Assembly: GCA_000934665.2 (NCBI GenBank)
Contig: KZ538466.1
Coordinates: 1 to 64,000, forward strand
Direction: 5' to 3'
Origin: Catajapyx aquilonaris
Lineage: Eukaryota
DNA length: 64,000 bases
A program made the position numbers and the translations under genes. The notes under the pieces are model-generated. The model searched no databases and had not been told where the DNA came from. It worked only from the letters and a program-made list of their open reading frames with translations. Shown piece by piece: positions 34,139 to 47,470 of this stretch. Position 1 is the stretch's first letter. Each line of letters begins with the position of its first letter.

Positions 34139-36027
34139 GGTGTCGTTAGATGAAATACGTTGCATAATCATGCACCGTACGGAAAATATATAACTCTCAC
34201 ATAATGAAGGCCAATTTGGAAAAGCTGGGCCACATAATATGAACGTAGATTTAAGCTTGTCAGGTTTTTTGCGGTATGGCGCATTACCTTTTTTGGCGAA
34301 TTTCCTACATGAAATTGAGGGTAACAAAGTGTGCCATATAATTTTATGGATGATCGGAGTTTCTGCCACATATACTGGTAAAATTCTACTTGTAGTCTGA
34401 AAATATTCTCGTTATTGGCCAGGTGTATCACTATCAATAAATGATATACAATATGCCTATACATGATTGTGTAGTCACTGACAGATCTTTGGACTTAACC
34501 TTCTGTTTATCACTTATAGCTTGTGGTTCAACAAAAGGGACAGGGTAATTAGTAAAAGCCGTACCCGCGCACATGAAAATGAAGTGCTTACTATAGTATA
34601 GCCTACCTAACAAACATGTTGTGACCTAGAAATCCGAAGAAGAGGAAGCTGAGGCGAATGTCTGAGACACACACAGAAAACAATATGAAAGCGCTGCTAT
34701 TTGCCAAGGCCTTAACATCAGAGCTTTCAAGTACAGGCTACCTGAGACAGTGCCTTTTGTTCAATAGAAGAAGGAGCACAAGCTGCTGTGGAAGCATTGC
34801 AAGAGTGGTGATGGCATTGTTGACCCTCGGGTCCTGGTCGACCTGTTTGCGAAGCTCGTCCACCAGTCGTCAGTAAAATAATTTGACCTATACAAAATTT
34901 TGAACTATGGCACAGTAGGAAGATTGGTAAGCCTCACAAATGTAATATTAAAGCAACACTGATGAATGTCTGAAAAATAGACTACGGATATTGCCTACAT
35001 GCACTATGAAACCCATATCTTAAGTCTCTCCCCCCCCCCTCTTAAGAATGCACTTGTGCCAACATGCCGCATAATACCCCCAGGGCGCTCCCAAAATTGC
35101 GTTTGGATCCACGCTTTTCTTATGCGACAAAATAACCATAGAATGTGCAATATAATTCCACATAAGTTATCTTGTAGCCCAACTTGGATGACAGGCAGCC
35201 TTATACTTTGGTTGCGGGGGCCTTGATTCAAGCCTGGGGCCTCCCGTTGGCAGCGACAGCATACAGAGCAGTTCGTAAACTTTGGGCTTGAGGACACCCC
35301 CTACTTCCCCACCCCCACCCCAACACTTGCTGCCTCTCATTATTCTCCATATGCCTCCTAAGAAGGTCTAGCCGCTGAGTTAACAACCATGCAAATGGGG
35401 AGAGCCTGCTGCAGCATATTTGGGGAGCTTCTCAGGAAAGACAACCTAACGATATTGGTAATTTCCCCTGCAGCTCTACCGTACACCTAAGCCTCCTCCG
35501 CCCTTCCTTGACTTCAACTACCACACTTGGCTAGGCCCAAATTAAGCCCACCTCCCAACCCCGTACTATTTTCTCTCTTTTTTTTGGAAGTGGGGTGCAA
35601 GTGGAACCCATTTGAGACATCTGGTGGTGTGCGCCTGTTCGGGATATATTTCCTTATACCTTGCATAATAACACTTCAATTAGTAAGCTCACTTGCAGTC
35701 TAGGGTATAAGGAAGGAGTGGCACAGGTGTATTGAGTTACCTAATTAATATATATGCATTATTTACTATTATTGTTATTTCAGATCGTCTTGAGATTACT
35801 CTGGATTTTTTTTGGAAGAATCATGACTGACGGCTATGCATAAACCAGCACTTTCATGCAAAACTGTTATTTTTAGAACTTCGCGAATCCTAATTAATAT
35901 TAAATGTAAGTCTGGTTCAATCCCTATAAAACCTAGTTATTATGTGGATCAAGGTTTATACTGCAGTTTTATAGGACATATTATGCAATAACTTAGGACG
36001 GATCTGCAGGCTACAGGGGGGGGGGGG

Positions 36028-36047
36028 NNNNNNNNNNNNNNNNNNNN
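36028..36047. other. Assembly gap after poly-G
   Basis: Run of N. Confidence 0.99.
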
Positions 36048-39000
36048 AATAATCGCACGCTTACTTTAATAGTTGGTTTTTAAAATGCAAGCGTCAGGTT
36101 AAATTCTGGAAAGTTTTTTATTATTTTAAAATGTATATGGAATCAACTCTTAATGAAAGACACACCGACACTTTAATTAGCTTAGTGACAGAACTGTATT
36201 CCTAACATGATTAGTGTTGACTTTACAGAATGCAATTTGTAGAATTGGTGTTCAATTATTATACTCTAGGGCTTTCATGATTTTCAGTACTAAGAGAGCG
36301 CCAGGAAAGTCTACAAACAGGGGCCTATAATACAGTAGTACAGTAAAGAGTAGAGCAAATACTATTACAGGTGTAGCAGGCTCTTAGTGCGTAATCACCA
36401 CTCCGTCAAAGCGAATATTTAACCTATGCTTACAATCATAATTATTTCACAAACCATCTGTATTCAGCCCCCCCCCCCNCCTCCATGCCATAATTTATCT
36501 CCAAGTATACCAAAGCATCCCAATACCACGATAATATTATCAAGGAGTAAATCTACGTTTAATGATAATAGTTGCAGAAAAGAGTAATGGAATCGCTAGT
36601 TTTAATTCAACGCCCCCAAATAAATTTGACAACCGGATTTACTGCACCGTCCCCGACCCCCCAAACAACAAAAAAAAACCGCTGGAATGGATGAAAATAT
36701 CACCCCCCAACGTTTATGGCTATCTGCTCCCGAATTAATGATCCAGTCCAGATATTTATTCCTTCCCGTCATGTTTCCGAAGCCTCAAGGCCGCCATATA
36801 CTACTAAAAACCAAGATGGCTCCCAACAACATTATAAATCGCTCTAGTTTTGGTATCAATTGATTGTTCCTAACTAACCCTTCTATTTTGTGTCCTACCA
36901 GTTCTTTGTCCCCCCCCCCCCTCCCTAGTTGCGACCTGTAACCCTAGGAACTATCCTCATGAGAGGATGTAGTGGCGGTCAGCAAAATCAGAAAGCGAAG
37001 TGAATTTGAGAGCAGCTTGCGTTGTTGGCCAGTGCAATGGGAGAGTCAAAGGAAAAGGGGGAATGCACCCCATGGTACCATGTCCCCCCACCCCCTACCC
37101 AACACTAATGTGATTTCCAACTTGGATGCGAGCCCAGCCCACAGTTGCCAGTTGAGCTAGGAGTTGGATAAACAATTTAATGTAGGTAGAGGGGGCTAGG
37201 GGGTGAGGGTGTAAAAGGATGAGGGAAAGTACAGAGGGGTGGAGGTAGGTTGGTTTTGGGTGAGGGAAAGTCCTCAACTTGCGCAGTCGATCCTGACAAC
37301 ATGAGTAAACACACACGGGGATCCCCCCCCCCTCCCCCCCCCCTCTCGCCATTATTGACTTCAAAATTTATACACGCCAAACACGCTAATGCTGCAAACA
37401 ACACAATTTGAATAAATTACCATTCGAATGTTGAGGAGGCCTCATAACTGAATCATTTCCAATTTAGCTTTCAAAAAAAAAAATATTTGAAAAAGGCAAA
37501 AAATAGCGTATGTAGGGTCCAGCAGGATATGAAAATAGCAAGTTGGCAACCGAGAGAGGGATGGGAATAGAGTTTTCCTCTCCCCACTCTCCAAAGTATC
37601 CCCCCCACCCCCCACCCCTCTCTCATCCGCAAAACAGCCAGTTAATGTCACCCCCACCTCCAGCATCTCCCCTCATCCTTCATCAATTATTTAAAATGTC
37701 ACCAGGATGCCGTTCGCAGGATAGATTTTGCAATCATGTATCCCCCTCCCTTGCGCATGCTGACCCTTTCCCCGTCCACCACCACAGGCATTTCCATGCC
37801 AAACTGATCCACAACTACTCATACTCCTGATGAAACAGCCAAATTATGTTTAAATATTGCAGCCTATATAATCAACCCACCATTGAAAGCTAGTGTTTTG
37901 CATAGTACACTGAGATAAGACTTTACAGTGAAATTCAGGCTTGATAAAGCCAAAATGGGTCCAATATGAATGGATGGCCACCTGCATAGCGGCCATTTTG
38001 GGGAAACAAGAATCAGGACTTGTAACTAGAAGGTGATTAGTTCCAAAGCGTTGGCTGCCAAGGGACGCTCTAGATGGCGACTAGTGATAGGTGGACTCAA
38101 AGTCCGTATCTAGGCCGTACTTATAGTTAGGTTCCCTAGAGAGGCACCCCCAGCAAGTTTCCCCCCCATCCTACCATCCCAGCCTCACCCCTACTTTACT
38201 GATACTGCCAGCCTCAGAGAGGAATAAATTCCACTCACGATCCTCTCCATGCCAATCGATGGGACGCCCAATGGCAACACTAACGTGGGTTTATAGGCCT
38301 ACTCGCGCGACACTGGCTTGCAAATAAAACAAAGGCCGGATGGACAAATGATGGCCATCAATACTGAGCCTAGGCCTGCAGGATAAAATCAAGCGCAATT
38401 CTCGCTACCCACATATCCCCGCCCCAAACATCCCAACACACACACATACACATACCCCACTCTTTTCCCCCCCTGGAAAAACTCCCCCCCTCTGTATTTG
38501 GCATTCAAAGGCGACTCAGTCAACAAAGTATTCATTCATTATGCCTGCGCAAACTGCATCGCCACTCTGACCTTGTTGACGCCGGATTTTAAATGCAGGA
38601 AAATAATTACTTGCTATTATATATTCCCAGGCTCTATAGACTTGTGGTATAGCTCGCCTCCCCTGTGAATTCATAATTAGGCATTCTTTGGCATTATACT
38701 GTTTAGTTGACACAACGCCGGCAATCCATACGGATTAGCCATGAAAACTATAATTCGCTGGCCGGATATTCAGTTCCAAATAATCAGAAATTTCCAGCAG
38801 CTTTTCGCGACGTTCGCTCGGGTTCATTTTTGTAAGCGCCTTTGCTGCAGAGGGATTTTTTTTTTTTTTTTGGAAGAGAATCTACCAGGTCATTAGTAGT
38901 TAGGATTCAGCCAAATCAAGCTCAAACATCTCCGTTTTCCCAAATGTGCACCGTTATGATCAAATCTGTCATAGTTTCATACAGTACATTAGGAGAAAAT

Positions 39001-42000
39001 TTATCACTGAGGGTATGGAAAGTGTCTTCATTAGTCATTGCTCCCCGACAGTTGAAATCTCAATTATCCTTCCAATTTGAATGCATAGTTGGATACCAAT
39101 AAGGCTGCTAGCTGTTGTTCACCAAAGTATGGTTAAAAAGTCCACGGTATGTGAGCTTCCACATGACTCTTTATTTATATCATCGGATGTACATTGGTCT
39201 TCTCTTTGCCAATTTTGTGCCAGCCAGCCTTTCATAACCTGGCAACTCATAAAATGCGGATATTATTGCCCCCCACAAACCCTAAGCCGCAGCGCGCGTG
39301 CTGCCTATGTGGGTGTGTGTATGTGTGTGTTGGCAGAGGGTAGAAGGGATGTCCGATAATGTCCTCCACTTTGGAATGTCCGCCCGAAACAAAAGGGTCA
39401 CTTGGCAGCCTGCAGCTCTAATGGAGGGGACTTTCGCTAGCAGGTGCGGCTAATGCGGAGCCCTTTTTGGATCCAAGATGGCCAAGATGTGAGTGTGCTC
39501 GACAGCTGCCATTATCTCTCCAGGGGAGGGAGGGATGGCATGGTGAGGGTAGGGGATTAGATATGAGGCGGTAGAGGGAATGGGGAGGGCTTGTCACCCA
39601 CAAGAATCCTCCCCACCAAATGATGATTATGGTAGAGATGATGCTGGACGCCTTAACGCAAGTCGTTAAAGAGAATGGATGCGGGTAGGTCAACCCCTGA
39701 AGAGAATCTAGGCCTGAACCCTAGGTCACGTGGTGACGCCAAGCCATGTGCTTCAGGCGTCCATCGCAACATTTCCGTCAACCACCACACATAGCCCATT
39801 CTCCCCCTTGAACATGCATCTAAAGCGTGTTAGACAAATGCAAGCCAGGTCCATAACACAATCAAGGTGGAAGTGGTGGCACAAAAGAAAAGGGCTGCCA
39901 TTCTCTAGGGGACGGTAGGGTAGTAATGTAGTAATATTCTCCTTGCAGGCATGCAGCATCCAGGAGAGAACTTTGTGTGGATCCCAACTTCACCTCCACC
40001 CTCCCCTACACACTACTTCTTGCTATTGATTTCTGGGCTGGGATTAGGCCCCGGGAAGCCTTCTCTGACTCCTACAGCACAAGCCTACTGTAGCCCCTGA
40101 CATGTTGGGATGATTTATTGTCGCAGACTTACAAAAACGCGACTGCCGGATTAATTTCAGAGAGGAAAATGGGATGATGCAGAAGTGTTTATCACATCTA
40201 CTGCCTACACCCTAGAGAGAAATCCTCTTTTCGGTGCGACTCAGAGCTAGCAGATAGCTTTTTTTGGCCCTCCATTTTCCTCCTTCTGAACTGCTATTTG
40301 CGCCTGAAGTTGCCTGCGGAAAATATATATACCTCCATGCCGGTGTATAGCATATATGGAGGGAAAGGCAGTTCTTGCGGTACCTTTGTCGTAATGAAGT
40401 TAGGATCAGAGAAGAGGCGGCGTGTGCGCTGTGCAGACACACTAACTCAATAACGGTGACGTCGTTGCGCAAAGCCATCGCCCTAATGAAATTCCAAATG
40501 GGCGTAACGGTTCCGCTGGGCCAAAAAGCCCCCACACTGCAAAAAGAAGCACCCCCTCTTCATTCTCGGGCCCTTTTCAGCTTTTGTGCCATATGTCAAT
40601 CCGGAAAAGCCTACCTCACTTCCTGTAGTAAATCTGTACTTTCTGCTCTACTGGTGTGCTCGACAAGCTTGGCTCCTAGCTACGATTCACTCGCCTGTTC
40701 ACACACGGCCTTCAAACCTGGTTCATAATTGCGTGCCTCCATGCGGAACCAATGTTCAGTTTTGTGGCTCGTAGCAACTGTCTGGGAACACGTAGCAATT
40801 GTGCGCACGTATCACTTACTAATGGTCTAGGGGCTACTGCTGGCTCCCGAACCGGTTGCAATAACATCGCGTTTAGTACATATACTCACCCATTGCAATT
40901 ACATGGTGGGAACAATTAAAGCATACGACCTGGAAAAAATGTCGGTTATACCAGCCTTTTAAAAAGGCTACCACTCCATGGAAATTCCGGCTTTAAGGTC
41001 TGAAAGCTAGGAAAGCACTCCTAGCGGCTCAGGAGCCAAGACAAAAGTCTCTTCTTTTCTCAGGTTTCTTTGGGAACATTGTTCGGAGAGTTAATCTTCC
41101 TTGCTCCATATGTGGTTCTCACTCCGACGTTCGCGTGACTTCACATTCTCTTCTTTTCTTTTCTTTTTCTTCTCCGAGTCTGCACCATCAACTCTATAAG
41201 CTATCGTAGGCCGCCATCTGGCCTCCAGATCCACAAGTGAATCGAGTACAGTACACTAAGAACTATTCATATATTAGAAGCTGTTCCAAACGAGGTGGCA
41301 TATATCCACATTATATGGTTAGAACAACTTACTGTAGATTCGACACTTTACAAGATCCCAGAATGTATGGTGCTTATAACTACCGCAGGGTGACAAGAAA
41401 ATACATGAAGCGAAAAGGCTTTTTCAGTCTTTAATCAATAGAGTGCAAAGTGGATCGAACTTGAATTATTCCAAGTCTCATCGATTCACCACACTTTTCT
41501 TAATACTAACCAGAGGGTGTGAAAATCTACCAAGACACTACAGATGGAATTATCCGAGAGAAAAAAAGCTATTAACAGTGAAAGTATTGACTGCAAGTTT
41601 TAAAAGACTGTATTATCTGAATGCCACCCACCAACCCAACCCAAACGCGATAACTTTGGGCGATAAGAGCCTCGCAAAGACACGACATATACATGACAAC
41701 TCCGAGTTTTTGTGAGCCTCTTAAGAGCGCTAGTTTATTGCCTTTAGGTTGGGGTAGTTGGTGGGAATTCAGTAAGGCGGTGGGTCAGCACTGCCATATG
41801 AGCTTGAAACTGTACTAGGATCAAACCCCCCATCATTTTATTAGTGAGTAATCTGGGCATAACTACTCCACTACCCAACGTATACTAACTTATCAGAGGC
41901 ATGTAGTACAATGTAGCGTGTTCTACAACAGTAAACATAGAAAATACATGCAGGTTTACCTGAGTAATTCAGACGTAGATCTGTACTAATGATTTATGAC

Positions 42001-42337
42001 AGTTAATTGTTTATATTTAATTTGCCTCGGAGATTGGGTGCAAAAAACTGCGTACAGAATTAATGAGCATACAGTAGGGATTCAGTCTAATATTAATGGT
42101 TCGGAATAGAGTTTACGATTATGACGATGCGACATAGTAGTTTATGGATATAATCAAACTTAATAATGGTATCTTGATCCCGACCTAACCAAATTCTCAA
42201 ACCGTCACATAGCCAAAGAAATGCACCAATATGCCCCATGATTATATCTTAAGGTCGTAGGACATGGTAATTTGTCATTACAAATTCAGTCGCAATACAC
42301 TATCACGTTTCTTGCGTTTGGGTTTGAATGTACTGTA

Positions 42338-42479
42338 CTATGGGGCTCAAATTGTTTTGTCCACTTTATCCTGGTCTTGATGCAGCCCTTCGCACAGGTC
42401 CCACGTTGAGCAGGTGTGTGTGTGTGAAGGGTTGCTTCAAGACGAGGATAAAGTGGCCAAAACAATTTGACCCCCATAA
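42338..42479. mobile_element. Short palindromic MITE, 'CTAT' family copy 2
   Basis: TA|CTATGGGGCTCAAATTGTTTTG...CAAAACAATTTGACCCCCATA; shares its core with 6830 and 60242. Confidence 0.88.
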
Positions 42480-42815
42480 CATTAATTTTACTATTCTATC
42501 ATCGATATGCATAAGTCGGTAGCATATATAGTTTGAAATGGACTATATCTTATAATTTTTAGTATTCATGTCACCGCAGTGTTTTGGTATTTTATATTGG
42601 ACCAGAAACCTGACGTAAGATGAGGTGGGGGAATATGGGGAAGATGGCAGTTCTCATAGACATCTCGACAGATGTTACGGTGTGCCACCTTTCCCATTCC
42701 TTCTCACTGCAAGTGATGCGAATGCAAATCAAGGCACGTCCGGCTGGATTGCTGCTGCACACTATCTTGACTTTTTGGGTGTATAAATATGTCCAACACC
42801 ACATATTTTGTCTCA

Positions 42816-43257
42816 AGGCCTGTTTCCACCGGCATAATAATATTTTTGTTCTGGACAAAATTTATGCCTGAATAATTTTGTTTCCCTGGCAATTTTTGTG
42901 CAGCACAAATAAACACTTGTTCCAACCAGGACAATTTTTGCTCTTTTCACAAAAAGAAACAAAAATGAGCGCTCAGAAGGGAGCACCCTAAGTTCCGAAT
43001 GTGTTTCATTTAAACTGAACCCCCGTCTGAAAATCATTTAGCTTAATTTAACCATCAATTGTGTTTGAAATCGCCAAATAATTCCGAGAAGTCCACCACG
43101 GTTGGCCATCTTGTATTTCCATTTTGTGCCGGGCACAATTATGTTGTGAAAAGTTCAAAATTTTGTACTTTGGAATAATTCCAAATTGTTTGATTTTGTG
43201 CTCCATTTTTGTGCTTTTCTTTTTGTCCTCAAAAATTATGCCGGTGGAAACAGGCCT
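42816..43257. mobile_element. ~440-bp PIF/Harbinger-like MITE
   Basis: TCA|AGGCCTGTTTCCACCGGCATAAT...ATTATGCCGGTGGAAACAGGCCT|TAA: perfect 23-bp TIRs and TNA-type flanks. Confidence 0.85.
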
Positions 43258-44441
43258 TAACACCTATAGAGTGCACTCCTTTAGGTTTAGGTGCACTGCA
43301 AAAACTTATCCACTGCATAAATAGTGCTATCATAACATTATTAATTCAATTGTCAATTTTTTCAAAATATTATATAAAAACTCGCAGTTGAAAGAAGTAT
43401 AGATGAACACAAGTGATATTTTATGTAAAACCCCTGGTTTTTTAGGATTAAGCCATCATAATATTTATTCACGCTTGTAGTGCCAACAGGAATATCAGAG
43501 GAACAGTACCAGTTGCAGTGGCACAGAGCATAATTATCATGACAATGAATTTGTTGGATTGTAAGGCAGCAGTAACCATCCGAGCAGAAAATCTGGTAAT
43601 CTGCCCATATTAATTCAGTATAGCCCAAAAGTGAAATGATGATTGTGTCATAATTATGCAATGATGATGATCATAAAGGGAAGGGAGAGGGGAGGGAGCA
43701 AAATTTTGTTAACTCTAATTTTGTGTTTGTTTGGGTACAGATGGTACAAAATAATGTGCGTGATAAGCAGTGCAAAAAATTGAAAACATTTCATTTTATT
43801 TTGTGCATCGTGTATGTCTGAGTAATATGAGCATTTTGTAATCACTGATTTACATTCGCCTTTTATTGCGTGTTTCATATCTACCTCCCTGTAGGCTCAG
43901 AATATTATTTTAAAACTAAATTTTTGGGGCAAGATCATAATTATTCAGTATGAACACAGCTCGCTAATGAAGAAATAACTACGTATGCAATAAGCATAAT
44001 ATTATGAAGATAAAAGTGTACAATATGAACAACAGAGGAGAGGGTAAAAAGCCAAACACTATATAATTTGCCAATAACTTATAGTCTTGCTGCACATTCT
44101 GAATAAATCCTAATGAAAATAGATTTTTACAATTTTCCTGAATTGAATGAATGTTTGATGCACCGACAGATAAGGCGCATGGGATAAATAAGCTGTCTCT
44201 GTAAGTAATTATTAGCTGCTTCAGTGATTATTTAAATTTCATTTACGGTTCCCTGATTAGGCAGAAATAGACTTAAGAACTGCTGGCAATGAATGTTTCA
44301 TTTCCATAATCCTAGTAATGGGCTACTTTCGAGAATATCCTGACTATAACTTTTGAAATATTCGGGTAAAACTTTCTACTTGCAATGATAATGTTGGTTT
44401 AGTACGCATAAATATGTTGCTCATTGCTCCTTCTGGAAAGA

Positions 44442-44642
44442 CTTTTATATAGGGAGACCGAATGTGGCATGGGTGGGGCACGCTGTACCAATCTACCTAA
44501 CTGTACCTAACTTTCCTTCCGGGCGGATACACACATATCATTCAGAGGATACATGCATCTTCTTCGGCGGATCCGCGCCTATCTCTCAGCTGATACAAGC
44601 CTAGGAAAATTGGTAAAAGTGCGGGGTCTCCCGATATGAAAG
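44442..44642. repeat. Inverted-repeat-bounded segment, possibly an old MITE
   Basis: CTTTTATATAGGGAGACC versus the inverse of GGTCTCCCGATATGAAAG (16/18 match); no clear TSD. Confidence 0.4.
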
Positions 44643-44753
44643 CGTAGACCTTCTTCAGTCTGACTATATAGACCTACTTGTTCGAATACATCAAAATAAT
44701 GTGTCTGGCAATTATTTTATGTGGAGTATAAGTTGTTATATAAGTTGCATATA

Positions 44754-44907
44754 CAGGGTGTTCCAAATTCGTGGGTCGTTTTTTAATACGTTAACTGATA
44801 TAGCATTATAGTAGCAGTTATTTTTGCAGCTTGTTGTGTATGCCTCAACTGCTATATTCGACTCCTTATCAGTTATCAAAAATTACCCACCAATTTGGAA
44901 CAGCCTG
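44754..44907. mobile_element. 154-bp Tc1/mariner-type MITE
   Basis: TA|CAGGGTGTTCCAAATT...AATTTGGAACAGCCTG|TA. Confidence 0.88.
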
Positions 44908-45687
44908 TAGTCCTGAATATTATTTTCATGACATTGTTAACATTGAAGTAAACATGATGAATGGTGTTAGGCTGCATTTATTAATTCATACGATAGAAAG
45001 TTGAATACTATTGGACTTCCAAAAGAAAGTGCTGACAAAAAAGGGCCAAATTCTTGCACATATTAAAAATATATGAACCATAATAGAACCGATTTATGAG
45101 TATTTCCATATGCTACAAACAACTGCTCAGAGAACCGAGAACAAAGCAATCGCTCTCGTAATATCACACGATGGTGTCAATATCACCATTTTAAAAAATC
45201 CTTTAGCTGCAGAAAATAGAAAAAAATGGGAAGGTCTAAGATTCTCTTATGTCCTCTGCTACCTCTGATCCCGTTTCCTAGCCGCAAATTGGAAGGCAGG
45301 AGTCCCCAAAGAAGGATATTTGAGGAGAAAAAAAGATCCCCTCTAAGGAGATGAGGGTCCGGGCCTAATGAAGAGTGATCTTTTCTTGCTTTCACTCGCT
45401 CATCTGCTGTGGGCTGTGTGGGGAGTAGAGGGCGGTCCTCAGGAGGATTCGCTCAGCTAGGAAATGATTGTGTGCTTGGGACATTGGCCACTTACAACCT
45501 GTCCCTGCCTCTTCAAATGATCCCTAAGAGTGTGGCCTCACGTGTAAACATGCCCTTTCATTCAGCAAATTATGTTGATTTTAATTAACCCAGATATTTT
45601 TTGTTTATTTTTTAAAAATATTTTCTTTTTATTAGCAAATGAACTAACACGATAGCTTAAAAAATTACAAATGTACATGTCCTATAT

Positions 45688-45859
45688 TGTGATGTCCCTC
45701 ACTAGAGTGCTGGAGTGGCGCATGCGCGCGGACCTAGGGGGAGCTATGCTCTTTGTATGATTCAGTTGTGTGGTGGCCGGGAAGCAGGCCGGTCTAATAA
45801 ACCTGACCTGACCTGACCTTGCGGAGTCAGAAGATGACCTGAGGAGGTCAACTTTCACA
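45688..45859 (+). mobile_element. 172-bp solo LTR (4-bp TSD, Gypsy-like)
   Basis: ATAT|TGTGA...TCACA|ATAT; internal AATAAA (~45796) followed by (ACCTG)3; GC-richer than its flanks. Confidence 0.7.
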
Positions 45860-47124
45860 ATATATATGACGACAGTCATATCTGTGTTGATGACGTGGAT
45901 TGATTAAATGTGCACAAATATGGGAGAGAATACTGAAACGTAAATGGTATTATTTAGCATAAGTCGGGTACATGTACTTGTACATGTACCAGTGACGTCA
46001 CCCAAGGGCTACCATTTCTTACTCGCACGGCTCTCACTCTATCATTTCGATTTGGACGTCTGCCGCATCGGAAAATATCGCTAGCGGTTTGGCTAGCGGT
46101 ATGACGAAATTAATGTCCAGCACTGTACTATTATATTCTGCACCAATACGAGCGGGCTAAACAGAAGGCAAGCCATCGTTGTAAAGTCCCACTTTTGACT
46201 CCATTAGAAAATCGCAAGTGAGGAATATCTCTAAAAATGGCCCCCAATTTTTTGAGCCGTCAAAGATTCCCCACTTGACTCTTTATCTTGGAAGCCAACT
46301 GCTTCAGCCCTAGAGTGCTGCTTCATCTCCTCTATAAATTCTCAACTTTTGAGGAGGAAAAGGAGCCCAGGCCCGTATCTATGGTCAGCAGTTTGTCGGA
46401 GCAAGCGGGGCTTGTAATTTGAAGCGCACTGTACGGAAGGCCCGGAGAAGCAGAGTAATGATGAGCTTTGGAGAAAATTAAGAAGGATTAGCGTGTTTCT
46501 CTCCATTTCCCGTCGGGGAAAAAGATGAGACACCCGCGAGATAAAGCGGACGCGGAAAAATGGCAGCAGGGAAAAAGCTGGCGAAAGTGCATTTCCGGGC
46601 CCGAGAGAAGAGCAGGAGGTGTGGAAATAGCGGGGGGGAGGAGGAGAAAGGGACAGGGAGCAGGGAGAGCAACCATCTTTCTCCACCTTAATGAAAAATG
46701 TTATGTCGCAATTCTGAGCGGACAGTTAACTTGTAAGGAATTTATTAAAATGCAAGGAGTTAGGAGAGGGGAATGTCAGGAGAGAAAAGGGAAATAGAGT
46801 GCGAAAAGCATCAAGATTAACTAGCCCTCTCCTCCCTCAGCATCCCTCTGGTCCTTGGCTTTTTCCTAAACTTCTTCGACTAGAGGCACCACTTTTCTTC
46901 TGAAACTCCAAGATGGAATATGTCTAGAAAGATAAGTTGCTTCTCGCCAGTAACAGAGTTGTACCCCATCTTTTGACACATCTCGACCAGATGGACCGCG
47001 ATGTAATTTGTAATATGTTGGCCAGTTACTTGAACCGCTAAGATAAGTGACCGACCACTATATTTTCTAGACTTGGTTATATGAACATTGAGAAACATAA
47101 TATGGAAATATTATAGATATAAAT

Positions 47125-47470
47125 CAGGGGTTCTTAACCTTTTCGGGCCTCCGCACCCCTTTGAAGACAGTTGGTCCTTCTCGCACCCCCTATACCAGGG
47201 GTGATTGATGAAGTTCATAGTTAGACTAAGTCCAGAGGTGCAACTTGCTCGCACCCCACACTCTTAACCATTTACCTTCTCTAGAGAGGGTAAGAAAGTG
47301 GCCATTTTTTACCTTACATTGTAGGGTAAATTGATTCTAAGGTAAATTTTGCATGTATTACCTTAGAATCAATTTACCCAAGAATATTTACCCTACAATG
47401 TAAGGTAAAAAATGGCCACTTTTTTACCCTCTCTAGAGAAGGTAAATGGTGCAGGAATTAAGAACCGCTG
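47125..47470. mobile_element. hAT (Charlie-like) MITE carrying a nested insertion
   Basis: ATATAAAT|CAGGGGTTCTTAA...TTAAGAACCGCTG|ATATAAAT: perfect 8-bp TSD and CGCACCCC subterminal repeats. Confidence 0.92.
47259..47451. mobile_element. Nested CAC...GTG palindromic MITE (family of 16751) inside the hAT MITE
   Basis: CA|CACTCTTAACCATTTACCTTCTCTAGAGAGGG...CCCTCTCTAGAGAAGGTAAATGGTG|CA; the right TIR has a short deletion. Confidence 0.88.

Noticed and set aside
34955..34985. CTGATGA...GAAA hammerhead-ribozyme-like core (also minus strand near 23465-23485)
   Set aside because: I could not form stems I-III around the core.
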